DNA of 63,358 nucleotides from Paramoeba atlantica (Eukaryota; Protista; Discosea). The notes below the pieces were generated by a model that did no database searches, was not told the origin of the DNA, and saw only the letters and a program-made list of their open reading frames with translations. Position 1 is the stretch's first letter. Each line of letters starts with the position of its first letter. A program made the position numbers and the translations under genes. Positions 35,702 through 47,442 of this stretch are shown one piece after another. Where the stretch lies: positions 1 through 63,358 of the forward strand of contig CDRNVI010000166.1 in NCBI GenBank assembly GCA_977017575.1. Direction: 5' to 3'.

Positions 35702-36636
35702 AATCCCCGCTCACGAATAAGTGACCCCCCCTTATTTTTAGCACAGGGGGGCGTCGGTGGGTTATCATATCACTTTTTCGTTCAAAATTTCGAGATCTGT
35801 ACGTTCCCGCTGTTTTTAGCTCATTTTAAAATTTTAAAATTTAATCAAAAAACATAATTGGTTTTTCAACTTTTTTTTCCAAAAATGACCAAATCACCAT
35901 ATCGGCTCCCAAAAGGGGGGCTTACGGATAGTGGTAAGGTTCTGTTGAAGATGAGACAGGCAGAAGGTGTTCCGATAAAACAATTATCCCGTGATTTTAA
36001 CGTCTCTAGAAGGATAATCAAAAAATATCTGAACGAAAAAAAATCTAGCGGGGAATACACTTTGAGTCCTGTGACCATCTATTACAAGTGAGACATCTAC
36101 GAAATGACACATCTATTACAAGTGAGACGTACATAGAAACATTAAAACAGGTAGATTTCCCCCCTAATAGTGTATTTCAACAGGATTGGGCAACGGCACA
36201 TACTGCCCGTGCCTCCAAAGAGTATATTGAGAATTGAATGAGTGATGTTCTAAGAAACTGGCCCCCCAACTCGCCCGACCTTTCCCCCATAGAAAACGTC
36301 TGGTCTATGGTCCAAGAGGCGGTAGACGAACAAACCCCATCGGACAAACCTTCACTTATCCGATGTGTATGTAAAGCATGGTCTTCTTTAACTCAAAAAG
36401 TGATCGACAAAACAGTATTAAGTTTTGATTCTCGACTTAAGGAGTGTATAAGATTGAAGGGCGAAAAAGTGACAAAATGGTAATTCTTCTCTAAATTGTG
36501 CGTATTCGTTTCTTTTTGTCTCATTTCTGCACGCGCAAAGTCTTTGTGTTGAGATCTGCAAAATGCAACAAAAAACAGCTCAAACGGACATTTGTACGAA
36601 AAAAAAGAGGGGGGTCACTTTTCGTGAGCGGGGGTT
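35702..36636 (+). mobile_element. Internally deleted AACCCC-family Tc1 (935 bp)
   Basis: TIRs AATCCCCGCTCACGAATAAGTGACCCCCC / GGGGGGTCACTTTTCGTGAGCGGGGGTT; N- and C-terminal transposase pieces, x35 spacing. Confidence 0.85.
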
Positions 36637-37734
36637 TATAACACTGTAAATACTTTTTTGCTTTAAACCTAAGTGCGTGACAATCAATTTTATCCATGTG
36701 ATTCAAAGTCTTTTATCTATTAAAAGTTTTCTTTAAAAACTTTCTCGTATTCTTCCTGCAAATGATTTCGTATGGTTCTCCTACTGTAGGTCAACGTATT
36801 CATAGAATCAAGTATGTAATACCTCTTTGCATGCTGGTCAGTAGTGCTGTCGTCGCCATGGTCGCTGAAAACCGTTCACACTGTGTTGCATCACATGACG
36901 CAATTTTTCGCCACGCGTATCTAACACTTGAGGACGGTAGAAGGGCTCAAGTACACCCATATGTATACGCAGATCTATCTTATCGAGGTCTTTGTACAGC
37001 AATTCTTGAATGCCTAAATCCTCTGCCCTGAGTTTATCCGGCTGGAGTTGATCACACCTACATAAGTAAATAAAAAATATTTTCAAGTGTCACGCTTCAT
37101 GGTTGGGCTGAAAAACATAAAAGTAGAAGTAGAGTATTTTATATTCTTTGTTGATATTGATTTATGACAATCTTCCTTTTCGACTATTGCAAATGTTGGA
37201 GTGCCTTTAATGTATGAATAATGTATGAAATGACGTTTGCATACAGTTTAGGTTGTATACAGTGTAGGTCATAGGTTTTGCGAAAGCGTACTTTAAATTA
37301 GACGCCACTCTGCCTTTTTTTGATACGCGCAAAATTTCCTAAAGCTTTGAAGGCAATACTACTTTCGAAAGGTTTTTTGAAGGCAAGTTTTGAGAGCAAA
37401 GTTTTACGAATTTTAGACCCCCACCCTGTCGTCACCCATATCTGTATATTTCGTACCGTTCTTTTGAAATGCAAATCCGGCTGGAGTTTGGTGGCTCGGG
37501 TTGCTTTGCAGTCAAGATATCGGCTTTCGATAGCCTATTACCGTATACCCCCCAGTAAGAGAAATTTGGATCGGGAGCCCCACAGTAAGCGTATAGGGGG
37601 TAGGGGGTGAGTGTCCGCATGTCGGGGGCCTCGGGGGTAACCCAAATAAGCGTTTTAACACGTTTTCAAAAGCAAAAAAATAAAAATTTGTCTAAAAAGT
37701 TGGAGGAAAAGATAAAACTGGCCAAAAAAGTATA

Positions 37735-37793
37735 CCCCCCAGTAAGAGAGATTTGGCCATTTTGACCCAGAACCCATTCTCTTACTGGGGGGG
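37735..37793. mobile_element. 59-bp mini-MITE (CCCCCCAGTAAGA TIR); sister at 60868-60926
   Basis: CCCCCCAGTAAGAGA ... TCTCTTACTGGGGGG flanked by TA. Confidence 0.65.
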
Positions 37794-37971
37794 TATACGG
37801 TATAATGAAATGCTGATTTTTTACATGCACGGAGTCTTAGGTTTGCGAGTTCAGGTCATACAGGGGGGATCAGCTCGATCTGGAGGCGGTCTAAAAATGT
37901 TAATACTTGACCAGTTTTGGAAAATAATAGCGCATTCGAGAGCTCTCACATAGCCCTCTGGTGGAATATAG

Positions 37972-38733
37972 GGGGGATCACCAATATCGGGACACCGGCC
38001 ATTTTTTTGCCATGTGTCCGTTTCATCTGATTTTTGTTCCAAAGGAGAGATCTCGACGCGACTGTGATCGGAACGACATTTTGCGCCTATTTAAACACAC
38101 CTAAAAAGTAGGGTGCGCACGACAATTTTTTTTTTCAAAATTTGCACATTTGAAAATGTGGGTAAAAATGTCTTAAAAAGCAATGAAAATGTTACTTAGT
38201 GTGAAATAACCCCTCCGCTACACTTCCGTAACTCTTCTAACCGTTTTGGGAGGCTTTTCAGAGTCCTCTCTAGGATATCCCGCTTTTCGGTTAGGAGATA
38301 TTCAATAGCCTTGGGTATGGCCTCTCGCACTTCATGCCTATTTTTCGGACGCAAAGAGTATGAATGTAGTCATCCATGATAGACCACAAAATTTCTATCA
38401 AATTTAAGTCAGGTGACTTTGGACCAATCAATAATACTTAGGCCTGACAGAAGTTTAATCTATATTAAATCTGTATATCGTTTTCCCATTTGGAACTTGA
38501 TAAAAGAGAAATGTATCCTTTAATAGACAATTTTAACGGGATTTGTACAAGTTTTACATAAATTTGCATATTTTTTGGAGAATTTTTTACCATTTTTTAC
38601 AAATGTGTTTAAATAGGCGCAAAATGTCGTTCCGACCATATTCGGATGGTCATCTCTCTTTTGCAACAAAAATCAAGTGAAACGGACCCACGGCCCAAAA
38701 TGGGAGGTGTCCCGATACTGGTAATCCCCCCTG
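37972..38733 (-). mobile_element. Deleted Tc1-like element with about 130-bp TIRs
   Basis: 37975-38100 is inverted against 38604-38733; minus-strand PKSPDLNLIEILWSIMD...RPKNRHEVREAI at about 38200-38440. Confidence 0.65.
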
Positions 38734-39401
38734 TATATATCGTTTCCTGTATAATTAGCAGTATCGTGAAATGGTAAGAGGGCGAAAAACGTCAATTGCA
38801 AGATTTTTAAGAAATTTCACCTTTTTGGCATAAAATAGAGCAGACGAACCTAGTACCCACAGTGCCCCCCCGCTCCTTCTCTATAACAATCCTCATTCTG
38901 TTTGGCGCACTTTTTAATGTGCGTTCAACGAAACCAACTTCATTAAGCAGCTCATTGTACGAAGCTGTGATGGATTCTTTCAATAAATCACGGTTCAATG
39001 AATTTTTTCTGCACTTTATGACATCCATCATTCACACAGCATTCTGTGTGTCAGCTTTGTTTTTCCTGGGGGTGAGAAATAGGTCTCAGAGAATTTCCCT
39101 CGAGAAGAACGCGACGTGCTCAACTTTCAGCAGTGACGACTTCTGAGCAAGCAGCACGTTTTGTGCGTGCCTTCTTTCTCAGTGATTATCTCTGTAGCTC
39201 AGCTGCATGATTAATATACAATGTATATTATAGAATATTATATATACAATGTACTTCGTTGGGGCATGAGTGATCAATAAAGGGGGGAAAAACAGGAAAA
39301 ATCCAAAAACGAAAATAGAAAATGCAAAATTTGCAACACAAAAAATTATTTTTTCGACAAAATGCGTTTTAAGTGAAAATGCGGGAAACGATATACATGT
39401 A

Positions 39402-40975
39402 CACTGTCGTTCAGCTATAAGTCCGCCCCCTCGAATTTTGAAAAACTGGTCTGTTTTTTATCATCTTTTTTTTAAACGTGTAGAGAATTTTACGTAGGTG
39501 CGTTTCCCGCCGTTTAAATTGGTTTTTCGCGACTCATTAGGATCGAATTATTTTTTGAAAAAAATGAGCCGAACAAATGATTTTTTTTACAAAAATGATC
39601 CATTTTTTGATATATTTGCCGGGTAAAACCCCATAAATACACTCACCGCAGGAAAAGAAGATTACACAATGACAAGCTTAATATCCAATATTCCATCCCC
39701 CGCTCTCCAACACCTTGTTCATACGTTTTAAGTACTCTGAACACATTTTTTTGACCAGTTCCCCCATTTCCCTCTGTACCCACTCAAACGTCACACGTAG
39801 AGCTTCCCGTAATTCAGTTCTATTTTTGGGGCGAAGCGTTTCTTTTATGTAGCGCGCCATCATGGCCCAAATGTTTTCCACTGGATTCAGGTCAGGAGAC
39901 TTAGGAGGCCAGTCTAAGCGCCTGTTGATCATCTGAGCCTTTGTGATGGTGTGTGTCGGGGCGTTATCCAGCTGAAGCACCGCGTGCCTGTGATCGCGAA
40001 TGTATCGTACAAAACCGATATCATTCAACGCATCCCACACCGTGGTGGTCTTGATGGATAACCCCCCCTCAAAGACATGAAACCACCAACCATGAGTAAC
40101 ACTGTACCCCATCCATACCATAACCCCCGGACCACCAAAACACTTCTGGTGCGCTGCGGTCATCCGCATGCGTGGGGCGTCGCGTCGGCCAATGTAGTAA
40201 AGGCGCCGCCCATTGCGACTGCAATTGAACGATTTTTCATCCGTCCAGATGATATTGTTTATTTGGGCTGGGCTCCAAGTGAGAAGTTCACGGGCCAGTG
40301 CAACGCGCTTCATGCGCTGCTCAGTTGTAAGTCCCAAGTCTTTGCTCTTACGGATGCGCCCGTAGTCGTCGCAATCCAATGCCCTCTTCACCGAGGAAAT
40401 TGATCCTCCATGCGAATCTTTGATTCTTTCATGGATGGCGGCGAAGGAAGAACACCCATCTGGGTCTTCCCGTGCAAGCTTCAAACAAGCACTTTTGCAC
40501 TCCCTACGGTATCGGTCCGTTAAGGTAGTTTTTTTTCGGGGAACTCGCTCTGGGGTGGTCAAGTCATTTTTTTCATCGTACATTTTTACCCATTTTCGCA
40601 CCGTTTTTTTTAGTCAACTTTATATTTTTTAGAGATGGAAGTGATGGAAGCACCGCATTTTCGTTCAACAAGAAACGAAATGCGCATTGCGAGCGTCGTA
40701 CGCTCCGAGTTGAGGTAACTCGGCCTGTGGTTCCTCACCATGGGTATAAAAAGGGTAGTGTCAATGAGAAAAAAAGGGAAATTTTGACTGTACATTGGAA
40801 AATCTCATTTTTGACCAGTATTTTGAGTGCCAAAAACGTATATTAAGTTATTACAAAAAAAGAAGACCGGCAAAGATAGGCTAGGGATCGAGTTCTCTCG
40901 TTTCCCGCTGGAATTAGGTCAAACGGACGCGCGACCCAAAAATAAAGGGAGGGGACTTATAGCTGAACGATAGTG
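39402..40975 (-). mobile_element. Full-length Tc1/IS630-like element with DD29E transposase (39678-40741, one frameshift near 40610)
   Basis: TIRs CACTGTCGTTCAGCTATAAGTCC / GGACTTATAGCTGAACGATAGTG with TA TSD; IWTDEK; LDNAPTH...WPPKSPDLNPVEN (29 residues D to E). Confidence 0.9.
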
Positions 40976-41021
40976 TATATTCCACCAGAGAGCTATGCGA
41001 GAGCTCTCGAATGCGCTATTA

Positions 41022-41428
41022 CTGTCCCCCCCTACTTAAGAGTCCGCGGGATACCCCGCTTCTTAAGAGTTCTTTTTGAGAGAGCCTCGGGATGCCTGCG
41101 GCGCGAAGCGCCGCCAGATTTTTTTTTTGATTTTTTTCTATTTTCTTTGATTTTTTTTGTTGTCTGCCCATTGCGTTTAGTTGTGTTTTTAAAATTTCCA
41201 AGCTATTTATACTTGATGGTACTCTGAGGAAGGAGCAGACTACGGGCAGGCATGGTACACAACCATCCTCCTCAACCCCCTTCAACTCTCTCGCGAACTG
41301 ATCGAAGTTCTTCTCGCCTCCGATCACCCACCTCACAAGAGAACGGAAAATTTGCCGACCAACCCCCTTCATCTATCTCCTCACCTAACCAAATGCCTAA
41401 AATCGGCGGACTCTAGTAGGGGGGGCAG
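41022..41428. mobile_element. MITE-like element (CTG(T)CCCCCCCTAC TIR); partial sister from 34858
   Basis: TA-CTGTCCCCCCCTAC ... GTAGGGGGGGCAG-TA. Confidence 0.55.
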
Positions 41429-41789
41429 TATTTTCTAAAATCCCCGAGTTATACGAATTTTAGACCCCCCAGATGTAGCTGATCCCCCCTGTATGATTTC
41501 ATGCCTTGGGGATGAAATACCTCCGAAATAAGGAGCAGAGTAAATAGGGGGGAGATAGCAATGCTCTTGCAGCTACGGGTTGTTACATTGCAACAGCGCT
41601 GTCGCTATCGAATTTTCTGCTTTTACATGTGTACTATCCTCGGCGGGAAAAGAGTGGTGGAAGGCTGGCGTTGGCTAATTTTTGAATTTTAATGATACCT
41701 TTATACTTCGTTTTATATAGATAAAAGCACACTTTGTGCACCAGAAAGTAATGGGCCGTGTTTTCGGAAGCAACTTCAACGAAACACCG

Positions 41790-42030
41790 AATCCTGGTCA
41801 TAGACTCTCGGACGATAAGGGAAAGATTACTTCTTCCATGGAATCTGTATTGACGAATCAGTTGCGCAACAAAATGTCTCGCTCATGGGTGGAAGCTCTG
41901 CCCAACCGAGCGGAATACCTCATGCGCCCAGAGGAATGGGAAGTGGCCATGAGGATGCGGTACCTCATTGCCCCAACCTCATGGACAGAGGTGCAATGCA
42001 AATGTGGAGAATCTTTCCTTCTTACAGGAC
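41790..42030 (+). pseudogene. Diverged CRE-clade 3' fragment
   Basis: SWVEALPNRAEYLMRPEEWEVAMRMRYLIAP...CKCG parallels NWTEAHRNRGEYFMRDAEWQTAMRMRYLIAP...CECG. Confidence 0.7.
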
Positions 42031-42956
42031 GTACGTGGAGAAAGAAGCGAAGTTCCCAGGGAGCACCCTGGAGAAGACAAAAGCACAAAAAATGTGCCAG
42101 CACGAAGCATGTTCATGTTCATGTTTATTTAAACCCTTTTGTCCTCGAAAGGATATGCGTTCACAAGCGCTACCATAGTTATTTAGAGGGGGGCCACCGT
42201 CAATGCGGAACTATTCTGCCATATTCTGCCGATCGCAGGGGTTTTGTCCTTTTGAGACGTATTTTAGTTTCGGAACCTGCCCCACGCCGCGAAGCGGCGC
42301 CCTTTTTTTGTTTGAAAAGCTTTTTTTGATTTGGTGGTTATATACCCCTCCAGTAATAAATAATTTAGAATCGATTTTGGATCAAAATGGATCAAATCCT
42401 TGTTACTGAGGGAGTGTACTTTTTGGGAGCGAAAGGTGCTTTTTTGTTCATGAGTGCGTTGATTTTCAGTCCATCCAACCCCGCAACCACGCTCCACATT
42501 CGCTCCCTTGCAACCGCCCTCACCCCGCCCAAACACCCCCACCCGCCCAAACACCTACTGGACATTAAACGTGACATTAAACGTGACATTAAACGCGGCG
42601 GTTGTTTTCAACGTAGAAGTCACTCATGCTGCGTGCTTCGAGTTGAAAACTACCTCCGCGTTTAATGAAGCGACTAAAAAAGAAAAAAAGATCACGAATA
42701 ATACAATTTTTTGGGTGAAAATGCCCGTTTTTTGGGCCAAAAAAGCGAAATTTTGACCCAAATTTGGGCTGCTTTTGATGCCTTACCAGTAGGGGTAGCA
42801 GGCACACCTGACGAAGAAACCGTCGTAGAATGGTAGCCCAAACTCTTAAAATATGTTTTAGGAGTCGATTTCGGAAAAATAATAAATCACCGTCCGCGTT
42901 ATTATAGGGATCCTAGGGACACCTATTGTACTTCCTAGGTATAATTTTCTTTTTTA

Positions 42957-43051
42957 GGCTCTTCGTTAAACGCGGTGGTTGTTTTCAACTTAGAAGTCAC
43001 TCATGCTGCGCGCTTCGCGTTGAAAACTACCGCCGCGTTTAACGAAGAGCC
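42957..43051. mobile_element. 95-bp palindromic mini-MITE (GGCTCTTCGTTAAACGCGG TIR; TTA/TAA flanks)
   Basis: Near-identical copy at 54330-54424; diverged copies at about 20225-20315 and 42585-42675. Confidence 0.75.
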
Positions 43052-43409
43052 TAAAAGAGAAAATTTAGCCTGGAAAACGAAAAGATTATAGCCAAAAATA
43101 GCCGAAAATCGGGTAAAAATGGGGCGATTTTTGGGTACTTTTGCTGTCAGAGCACTAAATCCGACATTTGCGCGTGGGAAATCACTCGTAGGCATGAATG
43201 GAAGCCTAGCGAACGTATTGGGTAGAGAATGCGACTCCAACCATACCATTCTTTCGACACAAAAATGCCCCTTTAGGTCCGAAAAATACTTTTTCACCTT
43301 TTTTAATCAAAAATGGGTCATTTTGAGGGGCGCACCACGGTTCGAAGAAGGGATACCTTGCGAAAACAACTGCGGAGAAAGCTAGTGTAGGTCCCTAACT
43401 ATCAAAATA

Positions 43410-44140
43410 CAATAGGGGAAACGATTTTGGAAAAATATTTTTGTTGTCATTTTTTTCGCCAAGTTGAATCATTTTTCAAATTTTTTTTTCCGAAAAAATC
43501 CGAACTTGGCGGACCCGTCCTGCGGATACGCGGGGGGGGTCACCCCCGGGTAGGGGGGTGGAAAATGCGCGCCAAGACCCCGGCTACCCTTTCTGCGTTT
43601 TTCGAAAACTAACTTTTTTCGAAAAAAATTGCTCGACCATGACTCCCCCCCCTGGACCCCCCCCATGGACCCCCCATTTTTTTCAAATTTTTTTTCAGTT
43701 TTGGTCCACCGGAGCCCCCTTTTATATTTTTTTCTTCTATTATATTACTGTGTTCCTCTCTATATTTTCACTGTTTTTGTTCACTTTTTTTTCAATAATC
43801 GAGTGTAGAGCGGTAGTTTTACAACCACCGCAATAAGTGTCCCTAGGGTCCTTATTATACCTTCATGGTCGAGAAAATTTTTTCGAAAAAATTAGTTTTC
43901 GAAAAATTTGCTCGACCATGACCCCCCCCCCTGGACCCCCCCCCCTGGACCACCCCCCTGGACCCCCCCCATGGACCCCCCATTTTTTTCAAATTTTTTT
44001 TTGAGTTTTGGACCACCGGAGCCCCCTTTTATATTTTTTTCTTCTATTATATTACTGTGTTCCCCTTTATATTTTCACTGTTTTTGTTCACTTTTTTTCA
44101 ATAATCGAGGGTAGAGCGGTAGTTATACAACCACCGCAAT
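43410..44140. repeat. GGACCCCCC-module repeat with internal tandem duplication
   Basis: 43630-43830 duplicated at about 43910-44135; homologous to 54880-55090 and 19630-19780. Confidence 0.75.
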
Positions 44141-44423
44141 TATTATTATTACCGTGGAAACATTAATTAAGAATTACACTAATTAAGGGAAAATGATTTT
44201 CAAAAAGAAAATCCCTACATTAGTGTTCCCTTATTTTATGTTCCCTTAATTGTTTTGCGGGAATAAATAGAGGGGGGGGCACCCATTATCACACTTTTTT
44301 CGGTGTAATAATAAGTGAATTGTGTGATAACAAGTGAAATTTCGAGAAAGCGTGTTAATCAGTGGATAATTCACGTATTATCACATTTTGGTCTGACCAG
44401 CGAAGTATAAAGGGGGGGGGCAC

Positions 44424-44456
<33 letters not shown>

Positions 44457-44543
44457 ATAGAAACATATATTTTTTCGTATGGAAAAGATACAGATATTTT
44501 ATTTAGTTAAAAAACATGTCACAAGGTTTTCCACTATCTAACT

Positions 44544-46274
44544 ATGCTTTCCACATCTACATTTGCAAACTCCATCGACGATCCCATTCACATTTCTAGT
44601 ACAGTTTGGGATGATGTTCTTCACGTTGTCGTAAAATTGTCGTCTTCTGGAGTACTTCTTTCCCCTGAACGTATGACTCTGGTGGCATTATACGGTACGT
44701 TAGACTACCACGGTGATAGGTTTCCTGTTGGAAGCACCTGCTGTTTCCCCCGAGATCCGCACGCTGGTGCAGAAGTGCTATGTGGATACAAGAGTTCTAA
44801 AAAAGCGATAAAACGCACAAGAACGAGCAGAACAGGTAATGCTTGCATGTCATGGCGACCAGATACTTTCAGTGATCTGCACAAAAAAGAGTGCGCACAA
44901 TGTAAAGGGTCATGTAGACTCAAAAGCATTAATAGAAGTTGGCTTGGTAATCTACTTGCTCAGATATTTTCAAATAAGAAAGTTAGATCATGGACGACCG
45001 CCTATGCACTTATCCTACTTGATCGAATATCAGAAGATGAAGACTTGCTATCTCAACAAAGACGCATACGCCCACTGATGTGCATAAATAGTTTTCCTTT
45101 GCTTTCAGAACGAAAACATCTAAATAGTTTTGGTAGAGTGGTCATAATTGAAGATCAGGATTGGGATATTTCCTCGGTAGTCAGTTACTTTATTAATCGT
45201 GCCATAAGTTTGCAGAAACTTCGTCACCTTAGTCGACCTTCCGTGTTGTACATAGAAATTTGCCGTTCGCGGTATTCCTTGAACTACCCTTATATAGCGG
45301 TCTGGGAAGTAGTCCATCCCTTGCACGGAAATGCGTCTGGAACCTTTCTAAAGTCGTTTTATTTGGGTGGAGAAAGATTAGAAAAAATACCCCTTAGATA
45401 CGAACAAATCGTCAAAGAATTGAAACTATGGTTGGAAGAGAACATAAATCATTCTTCTGTTATAATACGGGCAAAAGACTCAAGTGACGAAAATGGCTTT
45501 TGTCTTCTGCGCATGACTCTCATTGATCTCGGAGTTGACAATTTGTTTTGCTGCTCCGAGCAGTTTCGTCACGGAGCTCAGAATTTAGTACCGAGGATTA
45601 AGTGCCATACATTAAAATCATCAAACTTTAGTATGATCAACAGAAAAGACTTGAATAGCTCTGCGCAAAATAAAGTGCTTGATTTCGTGCAAAGTACGAG
45701 CACCCCATCTCATGAGTGCGCATGTCGCTATGACATAAACTTAAATCATGTACGTACAGATATATCCTGCGTTTTAACAAGATTTCTTGATACGACCTCA
45801 ACATTTTCGTGCACACAAAGTCCTTTATTTCTTCAAAATCCAGATGAGCTAGTTGGACAAGTAGTAGGCGTTGCTTCTATTGATAGATTTGATGTAGTAA
45901 ATGAAGCTGAGACACCAGCGACCACAGTAAAACCATCACAGAGAAAACCATTCACGGAGAAAACCATTATCCGATGTGAAAAGGGGAGCCAAAGTAGCAC
46001 TGAGTGGGAATTCTATGGCACAGCAATTGTTGAGCGGTGTAACATTGATGAAGGTACTTTGTCGTTGATGTTAGAACATGCTGATATGAATCTAAAGAAT
46101 TTAGTACATGAGTTTGAAGAAGAAAAGCGTCTTCTAATTTTGTATGGTCAGATAAAAAAGTTAATTCCAAACCCACTCAATGTGTTTCCCGTTCCAACGA
46201 TAGGACTGCCACCTGCAATGGAAAGTGCACACCATTTTTCAGCAAGACACAAAAAAATTAAAAAAACGTCATGA
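44544..46274 (+). CDS. Hypothetical 576-aa protein
   Basis: Long uninterrupted ORF; Cys-rich N-terminal third; no TE motif recognised. Confidence 0.75.
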   Translation: MLSTSTFANSIDDPIHISSTVWDDVLHVVVKLSSSGVLLSPERMTLVALYGTLDYHGDRFPVGSTCCFPRDPHAGAEVLCGYKSSKKAIKRTRTSRTGNACMSWRPDTFSDLHKKECAQCKGSCRLKSINRSWLGNLLAQIFSNKKVRSWTTAYALILLDRISEDEDLLSQQRRIRPLMCINSFPLLSERKHLNSFGRVVIIEDQDWDISSVVSYFINRAISLQKLRHLSRPSVLYIEICRSRYSLNYPYIAVWEVVHPLHGNASGTFLKSFYLGGERLEKIPLRYEQIVKELKLWLEENINHSSVIIRAKDSSDENGFCLLRMTLIDLGVDNLFCCSEQFRHGAQNLVPRIKCHTLKSSNFSMINRKDLNSSAQNKVLDFVQSTSTPSHECACRYDINLNHVRTDISCVLTRFLDTTSTFSCTQSPLFLQNPDELVGQVVGVASIDRFDVVNEAETPATTVKPSQRKPFTEKTIIRCEKGSQSSTEWEFYGTAIVERCNIDEGTLSLMLEHADMNLKNLVHEFEEEKRLLILYGQIKKLIPNPLNVFPVPTIGLPPAMESAHHFSARHKKIKKTS

Positions 46275-46709
46275 CAATATGCTCATTATACACTGTACGT
46301 ATCATTGTCATGGCCGTATAGCCTCCGCTCTACCCTGAAGTATTGACAAAGTGAACAAAAAAAGTGAAAAAATAAGAGAAGCACAGTAATGTAAAAGGAG
46401 AGTATGCAGTAGGTCTGTGTAAGTACGTACGTGATGAGCTGTGTAAGCACGTATACCATGACCCCCCTTTAGTTATGTGTCATTTTTGGTCCAAAATCGG
46501 GGTTTCTTGGACAAGTAGCGTACTTATCGAAAAAGATAGAAGAAAACTGCTCAAAGGGCTGACTTATACCAAAATCTCTGAGCTCGAAATTTAGTACTAT
46601 TCTAGTAATCTGCTGGGGCCTCAAGTTTTTTTAACACCGCACGCTGCAGCATCAGTGAGCATGAATATGCGAAACCCTTCGAAAAGTAAAGTAAATATTA
46701 TTGGCTCAT

Positions 46710-47169
46710 TGGCCCGGCCGGCCCCTCCGTGCGTTCGGCCTCTCATTTCCCCCAAAACAACTACCACCTTCCCCCCATTTATCAGGGGTCGCTCGCGCGA
46801 CCCCCGCTAAATAGGGGGGAAGGTGGTAGTTGTGGGGTATGGAGGCCTTCACGCAACTCCGGGGCCTCACCGGGAGCAAAAGTGAATTTATTGGGTATCT
46901 TGGCCAACCATCTTTACGTGGCATTTACGGTTCTGTTTTGCAGACGGGTAAACAAGATCTAGGTTTAGTTTTCGGGTGTCACACTTTCACGTGACTCAGT
47001 GGCCCGGCCGGCCCCTCCGTGCGTTCGGCCTCTCATTTCCCCCAAAACAACTACCACCTTCCCCCCATTTATCAGGGGTCGCTCGCGACCCCCGCTAAAT
47101 AGGGGGGGGAAGGTGGTAGTTGTGGGGTATGGAGGCCTCTCGCAACTCCGGGGCCTCACCGGGAGCAAA
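46710..47169. repeat. Two 170-bp direct repeats (period 290 bp), each containing a long hairpin
   Basis: 46710-46880 and 47000-47169 nearly identical. Confidence 0.92.
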
Positions 47170-47232
47170 GGTGAGCTTCCATAGCACCCCGCACCAACTT
47201 TTGGAAAAAGTTGAAATCCGTGCCTAAAATTT

Positions 47233-47442
47233 TATGCATGTGAATGTGCTGTTATGCATGTGAATGTGCTATATGCATGTGAATGTGCCAGATTTATGCA
47301 TGTGAATGTGCCGTTTAATATGCATGTGAATGTGCATTATGCATGTGAATGTGCTGTTATGCATGTGAATGTGCTATATGCATTTGAATGTGCCGCTTAG
47401 TATGCATTATAAACGTGCAGTTAATATGCATTATAAATGTGC
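47233..47442. repeat. Minisatellite, 10 copies of TATGCATGTGAATGTGC core with 1-7 nt variable linkers
   Basis: Direct reading of the sequence. Confidence 0.9.

Noticed and set aside
36762-37031. Small 89-aa membrane protein gene
   Set aside because: Short, motif-free ORF adjacent to a TE end; indistinguishable from chance without expression data
46710-47169. Conventional LTR retrotransposon
   Set aside because: No coding capacity, primer-binding site, polypurine tract or TSD
47233-47442. CRISPR array
   Set aside because: Linkers are only 1-7 nt and recur; no cas genes; eukaryotic context
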